Assembly: GCA_035277965.1 (NCBI GenBank)
Contig: DATEJM010000004.1
Span: 22,868-86,867, forward strand
Direction of reading: 5' to 3'
Origin: Steroidobacteraceae bacterium
GTDB taxonomy: Bacteria > Pseudomonadota > Gammaproteobacteria > Steroidobacterales > Steroidobacteraceae
DNA length: 64,000 bases
The position numbers and the translations under genes were made by a program. Below the pieces are notes generated by a model. The model ran no database searches. It had not been told where the DNA came from and saw only the letters and a program-made list of their open reading frames with translations. This document shows, piece after piece, positions 49,225 to 60,169 of this stretch (its first letter is position 1; the number at the start of each line of letters is the position of its first letter).

Positions 49225-51268
49225 TCGTCAGGCACCCGGGGCGTTGGGCTGGGCCGCCGCAGCGCTCGGCGGCGGCCTGCTGCTGCATCTGGACCGCGTG
49301 GCTCCGTGGGTGTCGCTGGTCGCCCTCGCATGTATCGCCTGGCGAATGACTGCCTCCATGACGCGGCGCGCGCCGCTGCCGGGGGCCGTGCTGAGAACGC
49401 TCCTCGCTCTGTTGCTGGTCGCCGCGGTACTGGCTCGATTTCAGACGCTCAATGGGCTGACAGCCGGCAGCGCGCTGCTGATCCTCATGGGTGCGGTCAA
49501 GCTCCTCGAGACGAAGACCCGTCGGGACGAATTCGTCGTCGTGGGAACGAGCTTGTTCCTCCTGTTGGCCGCCTGTCTCGATCGCCAGACGATGCTGAGG
49601 ACCCCCCTGTACCTCGCGCACGGCTGGGTCTGCTGCAGCACGCTCGCGATGATCGCCTATGCCAGCTCCTCACCCGCGCCCGGAGCTGCCGCCGGTCCGA
49701 TCCTGTTCCGGGGCCGCGATGCCTTGTCGTTGGCCGCGCGCAGCCTGTTGTTGGCGGTGCCCCTCGCTGTCGTGTTGTTCGTGTTTCTCCCGCGGATGAC
49801 GGGCTCGCTCTGGGCCCTCCCGCGCTCGGAGGAAGCCGTCACGGGCCTCGGTGACACCATGAGCCCGGGCAGTATCACGCGATTGACGTCATCGTACGAA
49901 GTAGCCTTCCGAGCACACTTCACGACTCATCCGCCTGCGCCGCAGGAGCGATATTGGCGGGGGCCGGTGCTGGATGATTTCGATGGCTTCACCTGGCGGC
50001 ACCGTGCCAACATCTTTGCACGACGCCAACCCCTGCTGTACCTCGGGCCGGCCTACCGCTATCAGATCTGGCTCGAGCCGAGCTCTCATCGGTGGTGGTT
50101 CGCTCTCGACACACCGGTCGAGGCTCCCGAGGCTCGCGTATTTTTCAGCGCCGAATACGAGCTGCAGACGGCCGAGCCCGTCGACGAGCTCACGAGCTAC
50201 GTCGCGGTCTCGCATACGGCGACGCGTGCGGCGGAGCCATTGCCATTGCTCGCCCGACGCTACGACACGGCGCTGCCGTCCGACCGCAACACGCGATCAG
50301 TAGAGCTCGCCCGCTCCATGCGCGCTCGAGTCAACACCGACCGCGAGTTCGTTCACTCGGTGCTGGAGATGTTTCGCACGGGAGGATTCGCCTATTCGGT
50401 CACTCCTCCCGGCCTCGGCGAGAATTCGGTGGATGATTTTCTGTTCGATACCCGAGTCGGGTTCTGCGGTCACTATGCATCGGCGTTCGTCGCGCTCATG
50501 CGAGCTGCGGCCATTCCCGCGCGTGTCGTCACGGGGTATCTCGGCGGCGAATGGAACCCTATCGGCGGTTATTTCATCGTCCGGCAATCCGATGCCCACT
50601 CCTGGGCCGAGGTGTGGCTGGAAGGCTCCGGGTGGACGCGCGTAGACCCGACCGCGGTCGTGGAACCCGAGCGCTTGCGCCGTGGAATTCTGGATCTCCT
50701 GCCGGATGCCGGCACAGCTCCGACGCGACTGTTGCACACGACGCCCTGGCTCGCGGCTCTGTGGCAGCGGTGGGACGCTGCCAACGCGTGGTGGAACGCT
50801 CGCATCGTGCGATTCAACTACGAGTCACAGCTCGGGATCCTCGAGCGCTTCGGCTTCGACTCTCCGGGGGCACGCGAGTTGTGTACCGCTTTCGCCGCCG
50901 GCCTCCTGGCGTGGCTGGCCTGGGTCGCCCTGCAACTCGGGCGAACACCCGCCGGACCGCGACCCGATCGACTCGGCCGGGCCTACCTGCGCCTATGTCG
51001 CAAGCTCGCCCGGGCCGGCCTTCCTCGCCTGCCGCATCAAGGACCGCTCGCGTACGCTCAGGTCGTTGCCAGCGGCCGTCCCGATCTGACCGACCCGATC
51101 GGAGGGCTGCTGCATCGGTACGCCAACTTGCGCTATGGACGCGACGAGCCGATGGCGCCTCTACGGATCGCTCGCTTCGAGCGCGAAGTTGCACGGTTGC
51201 GCATCAGGCCCGCGTCTCGAGCGGCACCTTCAACAGGAAAGCCGCGCCCAGGACGAAGAGGACCGTGA
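49211..51268 (+). CDS. Membrane transglutaminase-like protein (TgpA-type: polytopic N-domain plus transglutaminase core)
   Basis: Multi-TM N-terminus. Cys-His-Asp core contexts are GFCGHYASAFVALMR, SDAHSWAEVWL and WTRVDPT. Start trimmed to ATG 49211, overlapping DUF58 by 14 nt. Confidence 0.8.
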   Translation: MSSPDRQAPGALGWAAAALGGGLLLHLDRVAPWVSLVALACIAWRMTASMTRRAPLPGAVLRTLLALLLVAAVLARFQTLNGLTAGSALLILMGAVKLLETKTRRDEFVVVGTSLFLLLAACLDRQTMLRTPLYLAHGWVCCSTLAMIAYASSSPAPGAAAGPILFRGRDALSLAARSLLLAVPLAVVLFVFLPRMTGSLWALPRSEEAVTGLGDTMSPGSITRLTSSYEVAFRAHFTTHPPAPQERYWRGPVLDDFDGFTWRHRANIFARRQPLLYLGPAYRYQIWLEPSSHRWWFALDTPVEAPEARVFFSAEYELQTAEPVDELTSYVAVSHTATRAAEPLPLLARRYDTALPSDRNTRSVELARSMRARVNTDREFVHSVLEMFRTGGFAYSVTPPGLGENSVDDFLFDTRVGFCGHYASAFVALMRAAAIPARVVTGYLGGEWNPIGGYFIVRQSDAHSWAEVWLEGSGWTRVDPTAVVEPERLRRGILDLLPDAGTAPTRLLHTTPWLAALWQRWDAANAWWNARIVRFNYESQLGILERFGFDSPGARELCTAFAAGLLAWLAWVALQLGRTPAGPRPDRLGRAYLRLCRKLARAGLPRLPHQGPLAYAQVVASGRPDLTDPIGGLLHRYANLRYGRDEPMAPLRIARFEREVARLRIRPASRAAPSTGKPRPGRRGP

Positions 51269-52556
51269 TGGAGAGAATGGCGAGCCGCGAGTCATGGCTC
51301 AAGAGGGCGACGACACCCGTCAGCGTCGGCCCGAGAATGGCAGCAGCTTTGCCCATGAGGTTGTAGAAGCCGAAGAACTCTCCGGCCTTGCCGGGCGGCA
51401 CCAGCCGTCCGAACAGCGAGCGCGAAAGCGATTGCACACCGCCCTGCACCAGGCCGATGACGATCGCCATGGTCATGAATTGCGCTTCGGTGTGGAGGAA
51501 ATACGCGTAGCCCGCGATACCTGCATATACGGCGATGCCGAGCAGGATCCCCGTCCGCGGTCCGAGTTTCTGTCCGAGCCAACCGAAGGCAAGCGCCGCC
51601 GGGAAGCCCACGAATTGCACGACGAGCAGCGCCGTGATCAGGCTGTTCTGCTTCAGGCCCAGGGACAGGCCATAATCGACGGACATCTTGATGATGGTGT
51701 TGACGCCGTCGATGTAGAACCAGTACGCGAGCAGAAACCACAGGAGCACGCGGTCATGCCGCAGGTGCCGCAGCGTGCCTCCGAGCTCGCGTAGACCCGC
51801 TCCGATCGCAGCGAGCGCAGGCAGCGGCTGATTCGTCCTGCGCTCGCGCACCAATGTCAGGGTGAAGAGGGTGAACAGCATCCACCAGGCGCCGACCGAT
51901 ACGAAGGACCAGCGGACGCCCTCGCCCGCGTTTGCGAGCCCGAACGAGCCCGGCTTCGTCACCATCAGCACGTTCAGGGCGAACAGCAGGCCGCCGCCGA
52001 GGTAACCCAGAGCGAATCCGTATCCTGACACGAGATCGTATTCGGGCACGTCGGAAACGTCCGTGAGCAACGAGTCATAGAACTGGTTGCCTCCCCAGAA
52101 ACCGAGCGAGGCAGTCACGTACAGGACGGCCGCGGTCACCCAATCGCCCTTGCCCACGAGATACAGCGCCGTAGTCGCCGTCGTCCCCAATACTGTGAAC
52201 AACCCGAGCAGCTTCACCCGGGCGCCACCCTTGTCCGCGATGGCTCCAATGAGCGGCGCCAGCAGCGCCACGATGAAGCTGGCGACCCCGTTTGCCAGAC
52301 CCAGACGGAAAGTGCTCTCCGTAGCGACCGAGCCCGCGCTCCAGTACTGTTTGAAGAACAGCGGGAAGAATCCCGCCATGACCGTCGTGCTGAACGAAGA
52401 GTTGGCCCAGTCGTACATGGCCCAACCGAACACGGAGCTGCGCGTCAAAACCCGGCGCCGGGCGGGAACGCCTGCCCCCTGCCCGGGGTCGTGGCTGAGC
52501 GGCTGCCGTGCCGCGGCCGCGGCGCTCGACGAGCGGCCACTCTCCGCCTCGCTCAC
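51204..52556 (-). CDS. MFS transporter, UMF1 / Atg22-like family
   Basis: 450 aa, polytopic. [26 protein letters not shown] is the family hallmark. The GTG start overlaps the prfC stop (GTGA). Confidence 0.7.
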   Translation of the reverse strand: MSEAESGRSSSAAAAARQPLSHDPGQGAGVPARRRVLTRSSVFGWAMYDWANSSFSTTVMAGFFPLFFKQYWSAGSVATESTFRLGLANGVASFIVALLAPLIGAIADKGGARVKLLGLFTVLGTTATTALYLVGKGDWVTAAVLYVTASLGFWGGNQFYDSLLTDVSDVPEYDLVSGYGFALGYLGGGLLFALNVLMVTKPGSFGLANAGEGVRWSFVSVGAWWMLFTLFTLTLVRERRTNQPLPALAAIGAGLRELGGTLRHLRHDRVLLWFLLAYWFYIDGVNTIIKMSVDYGLSLGLKQNSLITALLVVQFVGFPAALAFGWLGQKLGPRTGILLGIAVYAGIAGYAYFLHTEAQFMTMAIVIGLVQGGVQSLSRSLFGRLVPPGKAGEFFGFYNLMGKAAAILGPTLTGVVALLSHDSRLAILSITVLFVLGAAFLLKVPLETRA

Positions 52557-54160
52557 GCGGCCTGCTCGCGGGTCTCGTGGAAGAGGATGTCAGGCCAACG
52601 CTCCCGGGTCAGCTCGAGGTTCACACGCGAGGGCGCGAGGTAAACGAGCGCTCCGCTGTGATCGATGGCCAGGTTGTCGTGTGCCCGCGTGCGGAACTCC
52701 TCGAGCTTGCGAGGATCGGCGGCTTCTATCCAGCGCGCCGTGTGAACAGTGATGGCGTCGAACACGCATTGCACGCCGTATTCGTCCTGCAACCGAAACG
52801 CGACCACCTCGAACTGCAGTTGCCCGACGGCACCCAGGATCAGGTCGTTGTTGCGCAGCGGCTTGAAGAGCTGCGTGGCGCCTTCCTCGCAGAGCTGCGA
52901 GAGCCCCTTGCTCAGGGCCTTTGCCCTCAGGGGATCCTTGAGCACCGCGCGGCGGAAGATCTCCGGCGCGAAATTCGGGACACCCGTGAAGACCAGCTTC
53001 TCGCCTTCCGTAAAGGTATCGCCGATGTTGATCGTGCCGTGATTGTGCAGCCCGATGATGTCGCCGGCATACGCCTCCTCGGCCTGCTCGCGCTCGGCGG
53101 CCATGAAAGTGAGCGCATCCGCGACCCTGACCTCCTTGGCGAGACGCGAGTGATACATGCGCATGCCGCGCGTGTATTTCCCCGAGCACAGACGCAGGAA
53201 CGCGATGCGGTCGCGGTGCGCTGGATCCATGTTTGCCTGGATCTTGAACACGAAGCCCGCCAGCTTGCCCTCCAGCGGCTCGACCGGCCGCTCGCGCGCC
53301 ACGCGCGGCAGCGGCGCCGGAGCGTGCAAGGCAAACGACGCCAGCAGCTCCTCCACCCCGAAATTGTTGATCGCCGATCCGAAGAACACCGGCGTCTGGC
53401 GTCCGGCCCTGTAGGCCTGCGCGTCGAAGGTTTCCGTGGCGCCCTGCACCAGCTCGATCTCTTCGTCGAAGCTGCGCGCCAGATCGCCGAGGAACTCGCG
53501 CGCGGCGGGACTGGCCAGTCCGTCGATCGTACGGTTTTCGCCGATCCGGCCGCGCTCGCCTGGCGCATACACGTAGATGCGGTCTTCGAGCAGGTGGTAG
53601 ATCCCGCGCAGCTCCCGCCCCATACCGATGGGCCAGGTCACGGGAGCGGTGCGAATGCCGAGCACCGTCTCGATCTCGTCCAGCAGCTCGATGGGCGCGC
53701 GGCCTTCGCGATCGAGCTTGTTGATGAAAGTCATGATCGGCGTGTCACGCAGGCGGCAGACCTCCATGAGCTTGATCGTCCGCTCCTCGACGCCCTTGGC
53801 GCAGTCGATGACCATCAGGGCGGAGTCGACCGCGGTGAGCGTTCGGTAAGTGTCTTCGGAAAAATCCTCGTGGCCGGGGGTGTCGAGCAGGTTGATGATC
53901 CGGCCCCGATACGGGAACTGCATGACCGAGGAGGTCACGGAGATGCCGCGCTGCTGCTCGAGCCGCATCCAGTCCGAGGTGGCATGGCGAGCCGCCTTGC
54001 GCCCCTTGACCGTACCCGCCATTTGAATGGCGCCCCCGAACAGGAGCAGCTTCTCGGTCAGCGTCGTCTTGCCGGCGTCGGGGTGCGAGATGATGGCAAA
54101 CGTTCTGCGACGATTGATTTCATTGGAGATTTCTGCTTCCGTCACCGACCGATTCCTCAA
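52553..54160 (-). CDS. prfC: Peptide chain release factor 3
   Basis: [37 protein letters not shown] and NKLDR. The start may be TTG 54160 or GTG 15 nt downstream. Confidence 0.9.
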   Translation of the reverse strand: MRNRSVTEAEISNEINRRRTFAIISHPDAGKTTLTEKLLLFGGAIQMAGTVKGRKAARHATSDWMRLEQQRGISVTSSVMQFPYRGRIINLLDTPGHEDFSEDTYRTLTAVDSALMVIDCAKGVEERTIKLMEVCRLRDTPIMTFINKLDREGRAPIELLDEIETVLGIRTAPVTWPIGMGRELRGIYHLLEDRIYVYAPGERGRIGENRTIDGLASPAAREFLGDLARSFDEEIELVQGATETFDAQAYRAGRQTPVFFGSAINNFGVEELLASFALHAPAPLPRVARERPVEPLEGKLAGFVFKIQANMDPAHRDRIAFLRLCSGKYTRGMRMYHSRLAKEVRVADALTFMAAEREQAEEAYAGDIIGLHNHGTINIGDTFTEGEKLVFTGVPNFAPEIFRRAVLKDPLRAKALSKGLSQLCEEGATQLFKPLRNNDLILGAVGQLQFEVVAFRLQDEYGVQCVFDAITVHTARWIEAADPRKLEEFRTRAHDNLAIDHSGALVYLAPSRVNLELTRERWPDILFHETREQAA

Positions 54161-54284
54161 TGTGTACCACGTTCATGTACACGGATTCCGAAGTACGCGT
54201 GCTTGATCTTGGCTTTTGCCAGGCAGCTTTCACTGGCCCATAGGGCAGCGTAAGTGCCTGAACCCATTATACCGTAGTGCTTGT

Positions 54285-54313
54285 TTGACACGATAACCTA
54301 GAGAATGTAGAAC
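54285..54313 (+). promoter_or_regulatory. Candidate sigma-70 promoter of the Fic gene (TTGACA-17 nt-TAGAAC)
   Basis: A consensus TTGACA sits at 54285-54290 and TAGAAC at 54308-54313. The first ACCTAGA box lies inside the spacer. Confidence 0.5.
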
Positions 54314-54375
54314 TTCATTACCTAGAAGTGGACAATCTCAATAACCTAGAAAACGTCAGACCGGTTGACCTAGAA
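54296..54375 (+). promoter_or_regulatory. Four direct ACCTAGAR boxes phased exactly 24 bp apart (putative operator array)
   Basis: ACCTAGA starts at 54296, 54320, 54344 and 54368 (taACCTAGAg, ttACCTAGAa, taACCTAGAa, tgACCTAGAa). The last box ends 9 nt before the Fic ATG. Confidence 0.6.
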
Positions 54376-54383
54376 AGACGCCC

Positions 54384-55925
54384 ATGGCTGCTCCCGCTGA
54401 AAAGCTCGCCGACTCCCTCTCCGCGCTCAAAGAGCTCCATGACAAAGGGGTGGTCGCGATCCGCACCGGGCAGCTTTCGCGTACACACCGTGAGCGTCTA
54501 CTGAAGGCTGGTTTTATCCGTGAGGTGATGAAGGGCTGGTACACCCCGACGCGCCCTGATGAGCCGGCCGGCGAAAGCACAGGGTGGTATGCATCCTTCT
54601 GGTCGTTCTGCGCCGAATACCTCACCGATCGCTTCGGCGAAGACTGGTGCCTGAGCCCCGAACAGTCCCTAACCCTTCATATAGGCGATTGGACGGTTCC
54701 CAAGCAGCTGCTGGTCCGATCGACCAAGGGGGGAAATAAGCCCACCCAGCTCCTCTTTGGGACATCCGTATTCGATGTCCGCCTGGAGCTTCCGCCCGCA
54801 GGTGATCGCGAGCTCAAGAACGGCTTGCGCATCTTCAATTTACCGGCAGCCCTGATCGGCTGTGCTCCGGGTCAGTTCACGGATCATCCCGATGACCTGC
54901 GGGCAGCCTTGGCAATGGTTGCGGAGCCATCCGATGTCCTCCGCCGGTTACTTGGCGGCGGCCGAACGGTGGTGGCCGGCCGGCTGGCCGGCGGATTCCG
55001 GAACATTGGTCGAAACGAAATCGCGGATCAGATTCTTCGAGCCATGAGGGCCGCCGGCCACGCCGTCCATGAGGTCGACCCCTTCAACAGCAAACCCCCA
55101 ATCATTTTTGCTGCACGCGAAACATCCCCGTATGTCAACCGCTTGAAACTGCTCTGGGCGTCCATGCGCGCCCCAATTCTTCAAGCCTTCCCAGCCCCAC
55201 CTGGAACAAGAGAGGAGGCGGCCGCCTATCTCAAGCACGTAGATGAACTCTACGCCGCCGACGCCTACCACTCGCTGTCCATCGAGGGCTATCGGGTTAG
55301 CGAAGCTTTGATCGAGCGCGTCCGCTCGGGCAATTGGAATCCCGATGACGACGAGAATGACCGCCAGAATCGAAATGCCTTGGCCGCACGAGGCTACTGG
55401 CAAGCATTCCAGCGTGTAAAAACAAGCCTTGAACGGATTCTCGCTGGCGAAAATCCTGGCGCCGTGGTGCGACGTGACTACGACGCATGGTACGCAGAAC
55501 TGTTTGGCCCGAGTGTCACGGCCGGCATTCTCAACGCCGCCGACCTTGCAGGCTTCCGGAATGGCGCGGTTTACATTCGCCGCTCCATGCACGTTCCGCC
55601 AGACTACGAGGCAGTGCGGGAACTGATGCCCCAGTTCTTCGAGCTTCTGCAAACGGAAACCGAGCCCGCGGTGCGGGTCGTGCTGGGGCACTTCGTGTTC
55701 ACCTACATCCACCCGTACATGGATGGAAACGGCCGCATGGGGCGCTTTCTCATGAACACGATGATGGCGGCCGGCGGCTATCCCTGGATGATCATCCCCG
55801 TTGAAAGACGTCATGAGTACATGGCGGCCCTCGAGGCTGCCAGTGTCGGTCAGAACATCTCACCGTTTGCGGAATTCCTGGCAAGCCTCGTCAAGCCACC
55901 GAGACCGGGCGCGAGCGGATCGTAA
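54384..55925 (+). CDS. Fic-family protein (class II, internal inhibitory helix) with an AbiEi-like wHTH N-terminal extension
   Basis: The Fic motif HPYMDGNGRMGR fits HxFx(D/E)GNGRxxR. The upstream SLSIEG fits the (S/T)xxxE(G/N) inhibitory motif. The N-terminus LKELHDKGVVAIRTGQLSRTHRERLLKAGFIREVMKGWY resembles AbiEi-type antitoxin heads. Confidence 0.85.
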   Translation: MAAPAEKLADSLSALKELHDKGVVAIRTGQLSRTHRERLLKAGFIREVMKGWYTPTRPDEPAGESTGWYASFWSFCAEYLTDRFGEDWCLSPEQSLTLHIGDWTVPKQLLVRSTKGGNKPTQLLFGTSVFDVRLELPPAGDRELKNGLRIFNLPAALIGCAPGQFTDHPDDLRAALAMVAEPSDVLRRLLGGGRTVVAGRLAGGFRNIGRNEIADQILRAMRAAGHAVHEVDPFNSKPPIIFAARETSPYVNRLKLLWASMRAPILQAFPAPPGTREEAAAYLKHVDELYAADAYHSLSIEGYRVSEALIERVRSGNWNPDDDENDRQNRNALAARGYWQAFQRVKTSLERILAGENPGAVVRRDYDAWYAELFGPSVTAGILNAADLAGFRNGAVYIRRSMHVPPDYEAVRELMPQFFELLQTETEPAVRVVLGHFVFTYIHPYMDGNGRMGRFLMNTMMAAGGYPWMIIPVERRHEYMAALEAASVGQNISPFAEFLASLVKPPRPGASGS

Positions 55926-56026
55926 CGCCCCTGGCTCCGCGTACCCAATTGACCGGCACGGCCGGGAGGTTGACGCCTCACGTGACCGTATTGGGTGTGG
56001 AGCACGTGTGGACCTTCGATCTCACG

Positions 56027-57142
<1,116 letters not shown>

Positions 57143-57155
57143 GTCTCCCCTTGGA

Positions 57156-57731
57156 TTACTGCTTCAGAACGCCAGCGGCCTTCGCTACGTGTGTCGCGAT
57201 GAAATCCATCAAGGGTGGCGATAGGCAGTCATAGGGCTCGAGCCCCAATTGTTTCAGCCGGCTGCGCACCGCGCCCATGTTCGCCGGATCGGCTCCAGAC
57301 TCGATGATCGAGGACACGAAGGCGGCGAACTGCGGCTCCGACCAGCCGCTCTGGGGCGACAGCTCCGTATGGATGAAGTCCAGCCCGTAGAACGGGTGCT
57401 TCTCGTTCTCGATACGGCCGTACATATGCACGCCGCAGGCTTTGCAGGCGTAACGTTGAATGGTGGCCTTGGGATCGACGATCGCGAGCTTCGCGGCGCT
57501 TTTTGTGACGCTGACTTTATCGCGCGGCGCGACCGCCACGACCGCAAACAAGGCGCCTTTGGGCTTCCAGCACTTGGTGCAGCCGCAGGCATGGTTGTGT
57601 GCCGATTGCGCGTTGACGGTGACCTCGACGGAATCCGTCTTGCACTGGCACCGCAGCACCCCGCCCGCGAAATCCTTCGCAGCCGGTTTGATCCCCGAAT
57701 CGACCGATGGATGAATGGAAATGCTGGCCAT
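57156..57731 (-). CDS. gfa: S-(hydroxymethyl)glutathione synthase (glutathione-dependent formaldehyde-activating enzyme)
   Basis: [17 protein letters not shown]...[13 protein letters not shown]...[23 protein letters not shown]...FVSSIIESG is near-collinear with Paracoccus Gfa. Start trimmed to ATG 57731. Confidence 0.9.
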   Translation of the reverse strand: MASISIHPSVDSGIKPAAKDFAGGVLRCQCKTDSVEVTVNAQSAHNHACGCTKCWKPKGALFAVVAVAPRDKVSVTKSAAKLAIVDPKATIQRYACKACGVHMYGRIENEKHPFYGLDFIHTELSPQSGWSEPQFAAFVSSIIESGADPANMGAVRSRLKQLGLEPYDCLSPPLMDFIATHVAKAAGVLKQ

Positions 57732-57823
57732 GGCCTCTGCTCCCCCAAGAATGATTGTCACCGCTCGTCGCGGTCTTGCAGCCGAAGGCTACCTCGGTCG
57801 TGCGGATACTAGAGAGGACGGCA

Positions 57824-57856
57824 GGGCATGCCCAAAAGTGAGTCAGTTCTGACTCA
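57824..57856. promoter_or_regulatory. Two adjacent perfect palindromes (GGGCATGCCC; TGAGTCAG-TT-CTGACTCA) between the regulator and gfa
   Basis: Read directly at 57824-57833 and 57839-57856. The 2-nt centre is too short for an RNA hairpin loop, which favours a dimeric protein operator. Confidence 0.45.
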
Positions 57857-57910
57857 GTGAGGGGTATCCACCGTAGGGGGCCGGGCCCGTGCTGGGCGGG
57901 AACCTACGGC

Positions 57911-59050
57911 TCAATCCGACTCGCCGCTCTCCCAAGCGCAATAGCGCTGCAGGCCATGCCACTTGAGCTTGCGATGCAGGGTCCGGCGGCTGATGCGTAA
58001 CTGGGCTGCCGCGCGGCTGACATTCCAGCCATGGCGTTGCAGCACTTCGCGCAGGGCTTCGTGCTCCGCCTCCATCAAGCGATTGTCACAGCAGCGCGGT
58101 GCCGTGCGGCTGCCGGCGGATGCGTGGTCTGTTGCGCGCTGGATGATCCCGTAACACAGCGAGCCGCGCTCTCGCGAAGGCAGGGGTCTTGCGAATGCCG
58201 GGTCGTGGCCGAGGGCTTCGAGTCGCCCCAGGTCCAGGCCGAACAAGCGCTCGACCGTTTGCCCACAGAGGCTCGCGTGATCTGAAACGCCGAGCCATTC
58301 GAGCGCGCTGAGATTGGCGCCCGTTACTGTCCCCGCATCGTCGATGGCCAGGATGCCCTCGCCCGCCGTCGAGATAAACTCGCGATGAGGATGGAATCGC
58401 AACAGGTGATGGTGCGGCTGATGCTCCGCCAGCAACACCCGGTTCTCGACGTTCTGAACGGCCAATCGCACCAGGGCCAAGGTCGGCGCCGCAGACAGGC
58501 GCAGCCGGCCCGAGATATTGAGCGCGCCGATGAGGTCCCCGCGGCCATCCCGGATAGGCGCCCCGCAGCACGTCAAGGCTACATTCTGGGACAGAAAGTG
58601 CTCATCTTCCTCGATCAGCACCGGCTCGCGTATCGCGAGGCAAGTGCCCATCCCGTTGGTGCCTTGCTCGGCTTCGCTCCACACCGCGCCCTCGCACAAG
58701 CCGCTGTTGCGGGCAACCTCAGTAAACTCCCGTGCCCCGGTGTAAGCGAGGATCACGCCCTCGTGGTCTGTGAGCATGACGCCGACCGGGGCATTGAGCA
58801 GGCGAGCGAGCGTCATCATCTCGATCTGCGCAATCGAGTAGAGGAGCTCCGATTCTCCGCGGCGGTGTTTGAGCTCGGCGCCGGACACGATCGTCGGGTG
58901 GCCCGCGCGATCGGGATTGAGCTGATAGCTCGATACGCAGCGGCGCCAGGAGTCGCGGATTCGGTGATCGGGAGCCGACGTCGGCGGACGGCCGGAGATC
59001 ACCGAGTCGATGAACTGAGCGTGGGCTCGCCGTGTATCAACCTGTTTCAT
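57911..59050 (-). CDS. GAF/PAS-like sensor plus Fis-type HTH regulator (AcoR-like but lacking the sigma-54 AAA+ module)
   Basis: The N-terminal AcoR-type region has GTNGMGT. The C-terminus ALREVLQRHGWNVSRAAAQLRISRRTLHRKLK is an HTH_8. There is no Walker A / GAFTGA anywhere in the 379 aa. Confidence 0.7.
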   Translation of the reverse strand: MKQVDTRRAHAQFIDSVISGRPPTSAPDHRIRDSWRRCVSSYQLNPDRAGHPTIVSGAELKHRRGESELLYSIAQIEMMTLARLLNAPVGVMLTDHEGVILAYTGAREFTEVARNSGLCEGAVWSEAEQGTNGMGTCLAIREPVLIEEDEHFLSQNVALTCCGAPIRDGRGDLIGALNISGRLRLSAAPTLALVRLAVQNVENRVLLAEHQPHHHLLRFHPHREFISTAGEGILAIDDAGTVTGANLSALEWLGVSDHASLCGQTVERLFGLDLGRLEALGHDPAFARPLPSRERGSLCYGIIQRATDHASAGSRTAPRCCDNRLMEAEHEALREVLQRHGWNVSRAAAQLRISRRTLHRKLKWHGLQRYCAWESGESD

Positions 59051-59288
59051 CCGTACCCTTGCCCCCACGGGTCGCCGAATGTCGTCGGAGCGCGGTGAGT
59101 GTGGAGTGATCTACCTTCACGCGCAGATTGTACCGCAGTGCGCCCCGCCCCGCGCTTGAGGTCAGGCGTGCGCAGCAACGCCTCCGCGAGCCCCATGAGC
59201 GCCTTGCCTGGACGCTCATGCCGATCGCCAGACGCGGTTGCAGACTAACCATCGTAAGGGTTGCGGCGTCGAGCTTTGCGCGCCTCAA

Positions 59289-60035
59289 TCAAGGCGTGCC
59301 GCGGCAGGTGATGCCGAGGAGCCATTGACTGGGATCCGCCGCGGTGTTGAGGCGCGCCCGATACCCGAGATCGAGGTCGAGACCCGGGCGCACGGTGTAG
59401 ATCACCCCAACGAGCGCTACTGCGAGGTAGTCCGACTGGGTGGCATCCGAGTTGGAGTCCACGGACGTGTCGAGCACGAGCTGCAATCGCTCATTGGCCG
59501 CGTAGAGGCCGGCGAATGAAGCATGCAGAATGTCGCCTCTGTGCCCCAGATCGCCTGGCGAGCGCGCGTAGCCAATGTTGGCGTCGAAAGAGAACGGCGT
59601 GAAGTCCGCCGCGATCACCAGAATGGCGTGCGGGGAAACGTGGTGCACGGAGCCCAGGTCGTCCTGGCCGGTCGGCGCGGCGAGCCCAGCCCGTAGACCC
59701 AGCGTCCACGGCGCTGACCCGAAGAATCGCCATTTGGCATCGACGTTCGTGTCGCCGAAACCCTGCTCGCGAGTGCCGTCGCCGCTATGGGTCAGCCAGG
59801 AGGGCTGCACGAGGAGGTCGATGGTCGGCGAAACTCCGTATGAGAGCTGCGGTTGGAACAGGAAAGAATGATGCCCCGCGGACCGGGTCCAGGCATTTCC
59901 GAGCTCGAGCTCGATGTTGCCGGCACCCTGAGTGCCCGTATCCTCGGTGATCATGGGGTGCGCGGCCTGCGCCGTGGAAGAGACCACGGTAATGACGACT
60001 GCGGTCGCTGCCGCAAGCAGATCGTGGCGAGCCAA
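59289..60035 (-). CDS. Outer-membrane beta-barrel protein, MetA-pathway/transporter-like family
   Basis: Signal peptide ...SSTAQAA, then HPMITEDTGTQGAGNIELELG with alternating beta-strand patterning. Family assignment is from memory only. Confidence 0.5.
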   Translation of the reverse strand: MARHDLLAAATAVVITVVSSTAQAAHPMITEDTGTQGAGNIELELGNAWTRSAGHHSFLFQPQLSYGVSPTIDLLVQPSWLTHSGDGTREQGFGDTNVDAKWRFFGSAPWTLGLRAGLAAPTGQDDLGSVHHVSPHAILVIAADFTPFSFDANIGYARSPGDLGHRGDILHASFAGLYAANERLQLVLDTSVDSNSDATQSDYLAVALVGVIYTVRPGLDLDLGYRARLNTAADPSQWLLGITCRGTP

Positions 60036-60169
60036 GGAGTGGGCACCCGCAGTTTGGGGGTAACCTCACATCGTAGCGAGCGCCTGAGACAGAAAGATGA
60101 CCGCACCGGATGCTCCGCGGTCGTGATCTACTTGCGCGGAACCGGGTAGGCCCAACTTGTAGGACGCTC

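Noticed and set aside
52508-54253. 581-aa plus-strand ORF opposite prfC.
   Set aside because: Antisense shadow of RF3, which has the full GTPase motifs. The composition is non-protein-like.
54296-54391. The 24-bp periodic repeats might be a mini-CRISPR or tandem satellite.
   Set aside because: Only an 8-9-bp core is conserved and the 15-16-bp intervals are unrelated. There are only four units and no cas genes. This fits a protein-binding array better.
54161-56026. Looked for mobile-element hallmarks around the Fic islet (integrase, transposase, flanking direct repeats, tRNA target).
   Set aside because: None found by eye. I therefore call it only a compositionally atypical single-gene insertion, not a mobile element.
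60036-60169. Pho box upstream of pstS.
   Set aside because: No CTGTCAT-N4-CTGTCAT-like direct repeat is present.
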